Of a stretch of DNA of 64,000 bases, positions 38,236-50,067 are shown piece after piece; position 1 is the stretch's first letter, and the number at the start of each line of letters is the position of its first letter. The DNA comes from Polyangiaceae bacterium (GTDB taxonomy: Bacteria > Myxococcota_A > Polyangia > Polyangiales > Polyangiaceae), in NCBI GenBank assembly GCA_965222375.1, contig CBDCTZ010000005.1:480001-544000 (forward strand), in the 5' to 3' direction. The notes below the pieces were generated by a model. The model searched no databases. It was given only the letters and a program-made list of their open reading frames with translations, and was not told the DNA's origin. The translations under genes and the position numbers were made by a program.

Positions 38236-39519
38236 TCAGGACGAAAAAGGGTCCTGGAGCACCAGAGTGGCGGCTCGCCCGGCGCCTACACCAATCAGGC
38301 AGAGTGGGATCTTCAGCGCCTCCTCGACGGCCGCGACGAAGCGGCGTGCAGCGCCCGGCAGATCTTCGAGCGCGCGGGCGGCCGAGATGTCCTCTGACCA
38401 ACCCTCCAGCGTCTCGTAGATCGGCGTCACCTGGGCCAAGTCGTCCACAGGGAATTCGGCCGTGCGTCCCGCGGGTGTCTCGTAGGCGGTGCAGATGCGC
38501 AGCTCCGGAAGCCCACTGAGTACATCCAGCTTGGTCAGCGCCACCGAATCCAATCCATTGATCCGAACTGCATACCGCAGCGCAACGAGGTCGAGCCATC
38601 CCGTGCGTCGTGGCCGACCCGTGACTGAGCCGAACTCGGCGCCTACGTTGCGCAAATGCTCACCGCTTGCGTCGGACAGCTCCGTGGGAAAGGGGCCGCT
38701 GCCAACACGAGTCGTATAGGCCTTCGCGATGCCCAGGACCGAGTCGACGCGACTGGGCCCGACTCCGAGGCCAGTACAAGCACCTCCCGCAATCGCAGAA
38801 CTGGACGTCACGAAGGGATAGGTACCGTGGTCGACATCCAGAAGTGCGCCTTGCGCACCCTCGAGCAGGACGTGAACGCCCTTGGCGATCGCCGAGTTGA
38901 CCCGTGCCGAGGCATCTCCCAGAAGCGGCACCAGCCGGTCTCGGAGGGGCTCCAGCTCGGCCAAAATGTCTCCGGCGCTGGGCGCCTTGGTGTTTAGATC
39001 CGTCAGCACCGGCGCCCACTCCTCCAATGCATGCTCGACCCGCGCGCGAAGCCTTTCTGGACTGCGGAGATCTCCGGTCCTAACGCCGCTTCGACGCACC
39101 TTGTCTTCGTAGGTCGGCCCGATGCCCTTCTTGGTGGTGCCGATGGCGTTTTTGGCGCGTGCCTCTCGGGCCGCATCCAGCATGAGGTGATAGGGCAAAA
39201 TCAGGTGAGCGCGATCCCCGAGCATGACCCGTTCGAAGACCCGGGGTACGCCACGCCCATCCAGGGTGTCCAACTCACCCATGAGCACTTTGGGATCCAC
39301 GACCATTCCGTCGCCGAGCACGCACTCCGTGTCGGCGTGCAGCACACCACTTGGCAGCAGCCGCACGATCGTCTTTTCGCCTCCGACGACCAACGTGTGC
39401 CCTGCGTTGGGCCCACCTGCATAGCGTGCGACGACTTCCGCACGCTCCGTGCAGAAATCGACGACCTTGCCCTTACCTTCGTCGCCCCATTGAGCGCCAA
39501 CCACCACCACGCATGTCAT
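38236..39519 (-). CDS. purA: Adenylosuccinate synthetase
   Basis: GAQWGDEGKGK, NAGHT, IGTTKKGIGP.Y.DK, EGAQG, GTYPFVTSS, TGRPRR.GWLD. Confidence 0.98.
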   Translation of the reverse strand: MTCVVVVGAQWGDEGKGKVVDFCTERAEVVARYAGGPNAGHTLVVGGEKTIVRLLPSGVLHADTECVLGDGMVVDPKVLMGELDTLDGRGVPRVFERVMLGDRAHLILPYHLMLDAAREARAKNAIGTTKKGIGPTYEDKVRRSGVRTGDLRSPERLRARVEHALEEWAPVLTDLNTKAPSAGDILAELEPLRDRLVPLLGDASARVNSAIAKGVHVLLEGAQGALLDVDHGTYPFVTSSSAIAGGACTGLGVGPSRVDSVLGIAKAYTTRVGSGPFPTELSDASGEHLRNVGAEFGSVTGRPRRTGWLDLVALRYAVRINGLDSVALTKLDVLSGLPELRICTAYETPAGRTAEFPVDDLAQVTPIYETLEGWSEDISAARALEDLPGAARRFVAAVEEALKIPLCLIGVGAGRAATLVLQDPFSS

Positions 39520-40805
39520 GTATCGTCTCCAGTGTTCGGCAGCTGCCGACCCAGGGTCTCGAGAACCTGCCCGGCCACGTCATCTGAGCTGGCAACACGC
39601 AACCGATGCTGTACGCCCTGAGATAGGTCGTGCAGCACCTCCGGCGCGCGCAAGTCTAGGCGATGGGAGTAGCCCCAGCTTCGCGCGTACTCTTGTCCAC
39701 CGGTTTCGTGGCATGCCACCGCAACCCCCTGGGCCCGCAATCCGCCGGCGACGCGTCGCAAGCGGTCGTCCGAGGCTCCGTGTAGCAGGACGACGGTTGG
39801 TTTGGTGGGCCCGCCGCCGGCGCCAACCGCCCAGGCCAGATTGTCCAAATCGACGGCAAACCCCGCAGCCGGGCAGGGAGCACCGAATTGCTCCAATAGC
39901 CGATCATAACGGCCACCGGATACAACCGCCTCGCCGGGGCCCTCCGCGAGGATCTGGAACAACGCGCCCGTGTAGTAGGCCGAATGTCGGACGTCAGCCA
40001 GGTCCACGAAAAGGCGCGACGCAAGACCTTGGCTCTGGATCCACTCGGCCAGAGCGCTGAGAGACTTCACTCCTTTCGCCGCCGGAGTGCCCCCGAGCTG
40101 TTTCTCAGCGCGCGACAGCACGTCTGGCCCTCCCGCGAGATCCAAAAGCGCGCGCAGCCCAGTCCGCACAGGCGCGTCGAGTCTCACTTCGCGCGCCCGC
40201 TCCGTGAGCAAACTCGGGTCGCGGAGAGATAGAGCTTCGATCAAGCCAGATCTGGCCTCCGAGGGTGCCGCCTGAAGCAGCGCTCCAGCCACCGTCGCGT
40301 GGGATAGGTCCAACACGAAGTCGGTCAGCCCGGCTGCTCGAACCGCCGCAATGGCAACCTCCAGTACTTCTCGGTCGCCCTGTGCAGCCGAGGCGCCGAG
40401 GAGTTCTACACCCGCTTGGGGGATCTGCCGCTTCCGTCGCGCTCGCTGGCGTCGAAGCCGCACCACCGAACCTTCGTAGCAGACGCGCGCGGGCAACAGT
40501 CTGTCCCTCAGCCGCGAGGCCATTAGCCGGGCGATCTGCGGAGTCATGTCAGGACGCAGCGCCACCACCTCGCCAGTCTGCGGCTCGACGAATCTGAGCA
40601 CCTCTGCGGGATCGAGAGCACCCAAGCCCCGCTCCAACACTTCAGCGTACTCGAATGCCGGCACAGTCACGCGCTGGTAGCCGAAGGACTCGAAGGACCG
40701 CAGCACGCGTCGTGCCAAGAGGGATAGTGCTCGGGCCTCACTGGGTAGCCAGTCGCGCATACCAGCTGGCAGCGTGGGAACCCTCGTTCGTTCCTGTAGG
40801 CTCAC
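39516..40805 (-). CDS. hisZ: ATP phosphoribosyltransferase regulatory subunit
   Basis: PAGMRD.LP, LRPDMTPQIAR, QAGVELLG, YYTG, GGRYD.L; directly upstream of purA. Confidence 0.9.
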   Translation of the reverse strand: MSLQERTRVPTLPAGMRDWLPSEARALSLLARRVLRSFESFGYQRVTVPAFEYAEVLERGLGALDPAEVLRFVEPQTGEVVALRPDMTPQIARLMASRLRDRLLPARVCYEGSVVRLRRQRARRKRQIPQAGVELLGASAAQGDREVLEVAIAAVRAAGLTDFVLDLSHATVAGALLQAAPSEARSGLIEALSLRDPSLLTERAREVRLDAPVRTGLRALLDLAGGPDVLSRAEKQLGGTPAAKGVKSLSALAEWIQSQGLASRLFVDLADVRHSAYYTGALFQILAEGPGEAVVSGGRYDRLLEQFGAPCPAAGFAVDLDNLAWAVGAGGGPTKPTVVLLHGASDDRLRRVAGGLRAQGVAVACHETGGQEYARSWGYSHRLDLRAPEVLHDLSQGVQHRLRVASSDDVAGQVLETLGRQLPNTGDDT

Positions 40806-40928
40806 GGCGGCGGGAGCTTACCCGAAGCACGGCAGGAGTACCCGACAAATCCCGGCGCGGCGCTGGCCCCTCTGCCGGGGCGACAACGCTTGGTCTGCAC
40901 TCCAGAAAATGGAACAGTGGCGCTGACC

Positions 40929-41654
40929 ATGCCCCCGAGCGACAAGCCTTTCAGTCCGAATGTAATGGAGCGCGGTGCCGAGCGTGACGGCATGCCCCAA
41001 GAGATGAACCGGCGACTGTTCATGCAGCTATTGGCGTTTCATTGCGAGTCACCGGAATTGGCGACCACGCAACTGGGCGACGCTTTGAACGAGCTGGGCG
41101 CGAGTGCCGTCATATACGTCGACGTCAATCATCCGCATGGTCTGGCGGTTCTGTCCTTCAGCGAAGACCCTGCCGACTTCGTAGACAAGACTCGCCGTGG
41201 GATCCAGCGAGTATCCGACCTCACGGCCAGACCGGAACTGAGCATGCTGGGTCGCACCTACAGTTCGGGCTACGAACAAGATCTGGAGTACTGGCTACTC
41301 AAGCGCCCGGCAGAGACCGCGAAAAACCCCGACTGGCCCTGGGCAGTCTGGTACCCTCTGCGCCGAGGCGGCGCCTTCGAGAAGCTCGAGCCTCGAGAGC
41401 GTGGAGGGATCCTCCGCGAGCACGCGACCATCGGCAAGGCTTACGGCCAGGCAGATCTCGCCCACGACATTCGCCTTGCATGCCACGGCCTGGACGCCAA
41501 CGATAACGAGTTCGTCATCGGCCTCGTTGGCAAAGACCTCCACCCTCTATCCCATGTCGTTCAGACCATGCGGGGCACGCGCCAAACATCCGAATTCATC
41601 GTTCAGATGGGACCGTTCTTCGTCGGGCGCGCGGTTTGGCAGAGCAAACGCTGA
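40929..41654 (+). CDS. Chlorite dismutase / coproheme decarboxylase (ChdC/HemQ) superfamily heme protein
   Basis: WYPLRR, ER..ILREHA.IG..Y (proximal His), HGLD..DNEFVIG, MR.T..TS, PFFVG. Confidence 0.85.
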   Translation: MPPSDKPFSPNVMERGAERDGMPQEMNRRLFMQLLAFHCESPELATTQLGDALNELGASAVIYVDVNHPHGLAVLSFSEDPADFVDKTRRGIQRVSDLTARPELSMLGRTYSSGYEQDLEYWLLKRPAETAKNPDWPWAVWYPLRRGGAFEKLEPRERGGILREHATIGKAYGQADLAHDIRLACHGLDANDNEFVIGLVGKDLHPLSHVVQTMRGTRQTSEFIVQMGPFFVGRAVWQSKR

Positions 41655-41655
41655 C

Positions 41656-42381
41656 CTAGGCGCACAACTTGTGATAGGCGGCGGACAGCTCCGAAAACTG
41701 CCGTAGCAGTTCCATCCGCTCCTCGGCGTCAGCGTCCGGGTGACGATCTGGGTGCACTTCGCGAGCAAGTTTTCGAAATGCGCGTTGAACGTCGGCGGCC
41801 GTTGCGGCGTCCGTCAGACCCAGCACCCGTAAAGCCTGGTCGCGTCGACCATCGCGACCCCGCGTGGGCCCATGAGTCCGTCGGGGGCGATCGTCTCGAG
41901 CTCGGCGACGACCGTGGAGGAATTCTCGCGGAGACAGCGGGATTTCGGCGAGGGGCTCCGGCGGCCGCCGCTGGGCGACGCGGAATCTCAGCTGTAGGTC
42001 TGGGAGATCGAAGAGCGCGCTCAGTTTGAGTTGGAGCTGTCGCCTGAGGGCGGCTCCGACGGCAACTGCAGAAACCCCCGCGTGGCGCCTGAGCAACTCG
42101 CCAGCCCTCCCGGCCTCGGCGCCCATCAGCGCACTCACGAACTTGGAACGTGCCGCCGGAGTCAGGAACCCTTGGTTATGCAACAGTTCTCCCAGTCGCG
42201 GCACTGGCAAGTTCGACTCCACGTGCTGGATGAGGCCGCTGCAGATGTGCACCCGATGGGCGCGCCCGGCGCTAGCCCCACGGGATTCGACGAGCTCCAG
42301 AACGCCGCTGGCTGTCTCCCGGTGGAGCGCACCCAGCACGTCTCCCAGGGTTGTGGGTCCCAACCGGCCGGGTAGCTTCAT
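41656..42381 (-). CDS. DUF4388-like N-domain plus C-terminal J-domain protein
   Basis: MKLPGRL..TTLGDVL; RLGELL; ALRVLGL......VQRAFRKLAREVHPD...F.ELSAAY. Confidence 0.88.
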   Translation of the reverse strand: MKLPGRLGPTTLGDVLGALHRETASGVLELVESRGASAGRAHRVHICSGLIQHVESNLPVPRLGELLHNQGFLTPAARSKFVSALMGAEAGRAGELLRRHAGVSAVAVGAALRRQLQLKLSALFDLPDLQLRFRVAQRRPPEPLAEIPLSPREFLHGRRRARDDRPRRTHGPTRGRDGRRDQALRVLGLTDAATAADVQRAFRKLAREVHPDRHPDADAEERMELLRQFSELSAAYHKLCA

Positions 42382-42382
42382 C

Positions 42383-43813
42383 CTATACGTCGTTAGCGTT
42401 CGAACCTTGTACTGGCCAAGAATCGTGCTCCTGCGCCATGACGAGTGCTTCTCGCTGGGAGCGAACGGCCGCGCCCAACTCGCCGTCGTCAGCGAATGCA
42501 TCGGCACGCTCCAGCTCCCGACCCGCAGCGTCCCAGCGGCCCCCGCGCCCGTGTAGCTGTGCCAAAAAGTACCGAGCGTTGGCCTCCATGCACACGCGCG
42601 CAGCCGGCTCGACCCGACCCGGAGCGCTCCCGATGGTCTGCACCACAGCCGTGAGGTCGCTCCTGGCCTGCGGCATCAGGCCCAGTTCCGTCGGCAAGGC
42701 CGACAGGATGAGACCTCGACGCAGCGCCCCTAGGGCCGCAGCCGTGGGGTCAGCGTCGTCACCGGGCCGAGCCCGTGTCAGCGCAGAAAGGCCGCGGACA
42801 AGCCGTTCTAGACGCCCATCGGCCGTGGATTGGAGCGCTCGCTTGAGCTCGATCTCCGCCACCAGGATCTGCCCCAGCGGGGACTCCAAGTGTCGACGGG
42901 TCTTCAGCGGCCCTGCGCCGCCCAATAGCACGACCAAGGCTAGTGTGCGCGGCCTGAGGCTTTCCACCACAGCGGGGGGTAGTTCAGGCAGTCGTGACGT
43001 CTGCCCCGTAGCCAGCAAGTGCCAAACCCAATCGTGACCGCTGCCGCTCCGCGAGGACGCCGCGTCCGTCCACTGTGGCGCGAGTCGCTTCAGCGTTGCC
43101 GGTCCAAGCTCCAGGATCCGAACTTTCGCAAGCCGCATGTCACCCGCCGCATCAAGTAGCCGGGTCACCACCTGCTGCAGCGCGAAGCTTCGATAGGCAG
43201 CCACATAGCGAGCGACCGCGCCTCGACCCCGCGCGAGCGCGTCAACGGACCTTCCCAGAGCGCCGGTCGCCAGGGCATACGAGAAGAATGCTGCAGCCTC
43301 CGCTTCGACCAAACGCTGCAACGCCGGAGCGCAGGCACTCATGTCCGCGAGGCTCAGCTCCCGGGGACCTGGCTCCAACTGTGTGGCCTCAGCGACAGCC
43401 GCGAGCACCGCAAGGGCTGCAGGGGTTTCAATCGCCGCCGGCTCAGCCGAGCCACCCAGCAACCCTCGCTCGAGGGCGACGGCGAGGACGTCGTCGTGAT
43501 GCGCCAGCTGTCCTGGGGGCTGTGGCAGCGAAGGATCGAGCCCAAGCACTGTCGCAACTGTCTCGACATCCAGGCCACCGCCCTGGAGTCCCACCTCAAA
43601 CATGCTGCGTATCACCGCGATAGGTAAGAACTTCTCCTCGCGAAGGTAGCGAATGGCACGAAGCCGCTCGAGGTGGCGTTCATCGTAGGTAGCCCGAGTG
43701 CGCCCGCTGCGTCTGGGCTCGGGCAGCAGCCCCTCGCGGAGGTAGTAGTGAATGGTCTCCCTCGGGATCCCGCTCTCGCGGACGAGTTCCGCCATTCGCA
43801 TGCTGCGCGTCAT
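42383..43813 (-). CDS. MerR-family regulator with a long helical/TPR-like C-terminus
   Basis: MRMAELVRESGIPRETIHYYLREGLLP.P......ATYDERHLERLRAI..LREE..LPIAVIR. Confidence 0.85.
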   Translation of the reverse strand: MTRSMRMAELVRESGIPRETIHYYLREGLLPEPRRSGRTRATYDERHLERLRAIRYLREEKFLPIAVIRSMFEVGLQGGGLDVETVATVLGLDPSLPQPPGQLAHHDDVLAVALERGLLGGSAEPAAIETPAALAVLAAVAEATQLEPGPRELSLADMSACAPALQRLVEAEAAAFFSYALATGALGRSVDALARGRGAVARYVAAYRSFALQQVVTRLLDAAGDMRLAKVRILELGPATLKRLAPQWTDAASSRSGSGHDWVWHLLATGQTSRLPELPPAVVESLRPRTLALVVLLGGAGPLKTRRHLESPLGQILVAEIELKRALQSTADGRLERLVRGLSALTRARPGDDADPTAAALGALRRGLILSALPTELGLMPQARSDLTAVVQTIGSAPGRVEPAARVCMEANARYFLAQLHGRGGRWDAAGRELERADAFADDGELGAAVRSQREALVMAQEHDSWPVQGSNANDV

Positions 43814-44241
43814 GGTTCGCTGATGCTGCCGACCCGCACTCCAGCCTTGGTCAGGGTCTGCCCTGACTCGCAGGCAGCCTCTGCCCGACAAACGACCCAG
43901 CGGGCTGAAACCTCCAGCTCACCCTGCCCAGCGCCGGTGGCGGCCAATGCGATGGGGAGCCGCAAGCGAGTCGGGGTTCTGGCGCTGACCTGAGATCGCC
44001 CGACCCGAGACCGGAGGGGTGACGCAAAATCGGGACTCCGCACCACCAGACCGTCGGCCCAACTGAGCCGAAACGCTCTGCTAGCCTCTACTTCGAGCTC
44101 GCACAGCACCCGCCCCGGTCCCGCTTCCGGCCGGCAGCTCAATCGGGCGCTCGCTGGCGACGCAGGCTCGGCTTGGGCGACGGTCGCCAGCGCTGCGGCG
44201 CCACCGAAGCACACTGCCAAGAGTCTCGAATGCGATGTCAT
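43810..44241 (-). CDS. Small exported beta-sandwich-like protein
   Basis: Signal ending AQA; Cys pairs (LSC..LC, VVC....C); ATGA overlap with the MerR gene. Confidence 0.65.
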   Translation of the reverse strand: MTSHSRLLAVCFGGAAALATVAQAEPASPASARLSCRPEAGPGRVLCELEVEASRAFRLSWADGLVVRSPDFASPLRSRVGRSQVSARTPTRLRLPIALAATGAGQGELEVSARWVVCRAEAACESGQTLTKAGVRVGSISEP

Positions 44242-44327
44242 GACTGATACAGGTCTGGCTCGTGTTCGCAGTGCATTCCAAACCATCGGAGCAAACTGGT
44301 TTCAGGCTTCCCTTTTGCATCCTACTC

Positions 44328-44501
44328 GATGAGGGCATGGGTCAGGCCGTTTTCCTGTCCCAGATGCTGTACGGCCAGGTTGATCATGCGAACCCAACTG
44401 CCGGTATTCAAATGCAACTTGCCGGCGTCCAAGGCGTGGAGCTTGCGAGCGCGAGACCCCAAGGCAGCGAACCCCTGAGGACCACTTGGACGACCCTCAT
44501 C
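44328..44501. ncRNA. Candidate structured RNA of unknown family
   Basis: Closing stem GATGAGGG/CCCTCATC encloses nested stems GGCCGT/ACGGCC, GTTG/CAAC, GCCGG/CCGGC and GTCCAA+GTGG/CCAC+TTGGAC, in a 308-nt intergenic gap. Confidence 0.4.
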
Positions 44502-44549
44502 CCGTGGCGATCCGAGCCCAACGCAAAAACATCCCAGAAAAGTCATGGA

Positions 44550-45635
44550 TTACGGCCGTGGTGGCGCGTAGAAGTCCACCAGTCGAAGCGCCTCCGGGGA
44601 AAGACGTGCAGTGACCTTGCTGCGCTCGCCCCGCGGGTCTCCACCGATTTGGAACACCGTCGGCGGATCCATCTCGATACTGATGGCGTCGACCAGATAG
44701 TCGAATACCACGCTCGGGTCGTGGAACTCGCCTCGCCAGATCGAAGGGAAGGACCGCACGAACTGCACTGGGCCGATCGTGGAGACCCGCAGATGCATGC
44801 GGTCATCACGCTCGTCCGCGAAGGGGAAGAACCGAAATCCGAAGCCGTAGTAAGGGATGCTGCCCAACGCTGCGACCTTTGACGGCCCCTCGTAGATGAC
44901 CTCGCCGCGTGGGATCGGTTGGCCCACGACCTGCCCCTTATCACCCATTCGGAAGGCGTCGCCGCCTTCGTTGATCACCCGGCAGTGCGGCTCGGGACGG
45001 ATGAAGTAGCTGGGAATGGAGCGGGTGACGGAACCCACTGCGTAGCTCAAGGCCCCCGCTGCGTAGCGCTTGAGGGGCGTTTTCATCAACATCGCTTTGA
45101 CGTTAGCGTGGTCCCTCAAGACCACCGCATCCACGCCAAATCCGGCGAAAGGCGTCAGGAAACCGTCCACTTCCACCAACCGCACACTACGGCTGCCAGC
45201 GTCCTCCCGCAGCCGTTGAATGTCCGCGGCAAGCCCCCGCCCCTTGGCACGACTGGCACCGACCACCCAAGCCAGCGCGTTCCCGGTCCCCAGCTTCAGC
45301 AGACCGATCCTGGGGAGCGGCTTGTGCTGGGCGCGAGCTTCCCGGACCAGATCCGAAACAATCACGGTGAATGTGCCGTCCCCACCGCCGGTGAGGACCG
45401 TGCCGTATCCACGGGACAGCAGCGTCTTGACAATCTCTCGGCTGTCTTCCAGGTGCCGCGACACGAACAGGTCACCACCGAGCAAGATCTGGTCGAGAGT
45501 GGAGATCACCTCGTCGGTCACGCTCCTGGCATTGCCGTTCACGACGACCGCAATCCGGTCACTCGGTAGAGGCGCCGCCGCCACTGAAGGCGATTGGGCA
45601 TGAGCGTCATCCGTCATCAGCTGTCTGAATACCAC
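44550..45635 (-). CDS. Diacylglycerol/sphingosine kinase family protein
   Basis: AVVVNGNA, GGGDGT, LKLGTGNALA, FAGFGVDA, YYGFG, QIGGD; alternative start 45617. Confidence 0.88.
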   Translation of the reverse strand: MVFRQLMTDDAHAQSPSVAAAPLPSDRIAVVVNGNARSVTDEVISTLDQILLGGDLFVSRHLEDSREIVKTLLSRGYGTVLTGGGDGTFTVIVSDLVREARAQHKPLPRIGLLKLGTGNALAWVVGASRAKGRGLAADIQRLREDAGSRSVRLVEVDGFLTPFAGFGVDAVVLRDHANVKAMLMKTPLKRYAAGALSYAVGSVTRSIPSYFIRPEPHCRVINEGGDAFRMGDKGQVVGQPIPRGEVIYEGPSKVAALGSIPYYGFGFRFFPFADERDDRMHLRVSTIGPVQFVRSFPSIWRGEFHDPSVVFDYLVDAISIEMDPPTVFQIGGDPRGERSKVTARLSPEALRLVDFYAPPRP

Positions 45636-45736
45636 GCCGCCCGGCCCTCAGCGGCACTGGGCTCGAAAGCTTGGCCGCCGCCGAGGAGATGTCATACTGT
45701 TAGGTAAGGCTCCCGCCAGCTGGTTCGGGCGGCACC

Positions 45737-48290
<2,554 letters not shown>

Positions 48291-48351
48291 GCGAGCGTTA
48301 GAGTAGCCGGATTCTGCGGGGGATGCCACGAATGCGCCTGCGGCGCCCGAC

Positions 48352-49851
48352 TCAGCCTCCGGGCGCGTCGAAATTGTCGTACTGGTCAAACTCGTAGTCG
48401 TCCGCCGCCAGGTTATCGAAGCGCGTATACTCGGGCGTGAACTTCACGCGCATGTTCCCGGTTGGGCCGTTCCTCTGCTTGGCGACGATGACTTCGGCGA
48501 TGCCCTTGTCTGGGCTATCCCGGAAGTAGTACTCGTCCCGGTAGATGAACATGATGGTATCCGCGTCCTGCTCGATGGCACCGGATTCGCGCAAATCGCT
48601 CAGTTGGGGCCGCTTGTCCTTGGTGGCCCGCGTTTCCACGGAGCGATTGAGCTGACTGAGGGCCAACACTGGAACTCGCATTTCCTTGGCCATGCCCTTG
48701 AGACCTCGGGAAAGTTCGCTGATTTCTTGCTCTCGGCTACCGGCGTCTCGCCGGCCCTGCATCAGCTGGAGGTAGTCGATGACCACCAGCCCAAGCTTGC
48801 CACTGGAGCTCACGCCTTCAGAAGCTCGCTCCAGCTCCGCCTTCAATCGCCGGATCTTGGCGCGCAGGTCAAGAAGGGTGAGGGCCGGTGTGTCGTCGAG
48901 GAACAGGGGCAAACGGCCCAACCGGGCGGCGGCACCGGTCAGTTTCTCCCAATCCTCCCGGCGCATGTCGCCACTGCGAATGCGCGATACGTCCACCCGC
49001 GCCTCGCTCGCCAACATTCGGGAGGCCAGCTGCTCCCTTGGCATTTCCAGGGAAAAGAACGCAACGCCGTCTCCCGGCTCCTCGATGGAGTCCTCCTCCT
49101 GGGGATCAGCTATGTCGACGGGATTGCGTCGCCTTGGTTGCGCCACATTGACTGCCATGTTCAGAACGAATGCGGTCTTCCCCATTCCGGGCCGGCCCGC
49201 CACGATATAGAGATCACCGCCGTGAAGGCCCGCGCAGCGTTTGTCCAATTCTGTGAACCCACTGGGCGTACCCGTAATCGCCCCGCCTCGTTTGGCCGCC
49301 TCGGTCAGGATTTTGAAAGCGTCGTGGATGGCGTCACGGACTGGCACGACGGTGGAGCCCTCGGGCACCCGGGCAATGTCGAAGACAGCCTGCTCGGCCC
49401 GATCAATGAACGCCTGAGCCTCCCCGTAGTCGCCGTAGCCCTCAGCGGTGAAGCTCTGGCAGGCCGCAATCAGCTCACGAATGCGCCACTTTTCGCGAAT
49501 AGCGCGGGCATGATGCTCCACGTTCGCGACCGCGGGCGTTGCGTCCGCCAGTTGGGCCAAATACGGCGACCCACCCACTTGGGTCAGTCGTTCTCTGTCC
49601 CGCAGCCAGCCTGCAACGCTCACCAGATCGACAGGATGGCCCTGCCGCTGCAGATCCAGGACTGCTTCGAAGATTCGACGATGACGGCCAGCATAGAAAT
49701 GCTCCGGCAGCAGGACCTCTTGAACCCGGTCAAAAGCTTCCGAAGACAGTAGGACCGAGGACAGAACGGCCGCTTCCGCATCCAAATCGTGTGGCGGAAC
49801 CCTGCCGCCCACAGACGGGGAATCCTCCTCGGGGACGCGTTGGACCTGCAT
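48352..49851 (-). CDS. dnaB: Replicative DNA helicase
   Basis: PPHDLDAEAAVL, GRPGMGKT, FSLEM, IDYLQLM, LSQLNR, DLRESGAIEQDAD, KQRNGPTG. Confidence 0.97.
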   Translation of the reverse strand: MQVQRVPEEDSPSVGGRVPPHDLDAEAAVLSSVLLSSEAFDRVQEVLLPEHFYAGRHRRIFEAVLDLQRQGHPVDLVSVAGWLRDRERLTQVGGSPYLAQLADATPAVANVEHHARAIREKWRIRELIAACQSFTAEGYGDYGEAQAFIDRAEQAVFDIARVPEGSTVVPVRDAIHDAFKILTEAAKRGGAITGTPSGFTELDKRCAGLHGGDLYIVAGRPGMGKTAFVLNMAVNVAQPRRRNPVDIADPQEEDSIEEPGDGVAFFSLEMPREQLASRMLASEARVDVSRIRSGDMRREDWEKLTGAAARLGRLPLFLDDTPALTLLDLRAKIRRLKAELERASEGVSSSGKLGLVVIDYLQLMQGRRDAGSREQEISELSRGLKGMAKEMRVPVLALSQLNRSVETRATKDKRPQLSDLRESGAIEQDADTIMFIYRDEYYFRDSPDKGIAEVIVAKQRNGPTGNMRVKFTPEYTRFDNLAADDYEFDQYDNFDAPGG

Positions 49852-49951
49852 CAACTTACTCCCGTCATGCTGAGCCTCGCTTGGGCAGGGTGCCTCTGAC
49901 GCGATAGCAGAGGAAGCTCGCCCGGGGCTGACAAACAAGGTCCGATTCGAG

Positions 49952-49994
49952 TTTTCCAGAAGTTCTCAAGATACCTATCCACGAGTTGTCCCCA
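49952..49994 (+). promoter_or_regulatory. Three co-oriented DnaA-box-like 9-mers upstream of dnaB
   Basis: TTTTCCAGA (49952), CTATCCACG (49975), TTGTCCCCA (49986) versus TTWTNCACA. Confidence 0.45.
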
Positions 49995-50067
49995 GGCGCC
50001 CAAATGCACCGCACCCCGACGACTGAAGATCGCCGGGGTGCGGTTGACAGAACGTTGTGTACCTAGT

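Noticed and set aside
44245..44320. Cobalamin riboswitch-like fragments (AAAGGGAAG, CACTG, GAGCCAGACCTG on the minus strand)
   Set aside because: Core elements (GGTG.AA.TCC, CCCGC.ACTGT) are missing and the downstream genes are not B12-related.
44322..44546. 74-aa minus-strand ORF containing LNTGSW
   Set aside because: An isolated resemblance to a metallophosphoesterase C-terminal motif, with no other family motifs and no RBS.
49070..49140. Insertion in DnaB after Walker A as a possible intein
   Set aside because: Only about 20 aa and acidic, with no Cys/Ser start or His-Asn end; a surface loop.
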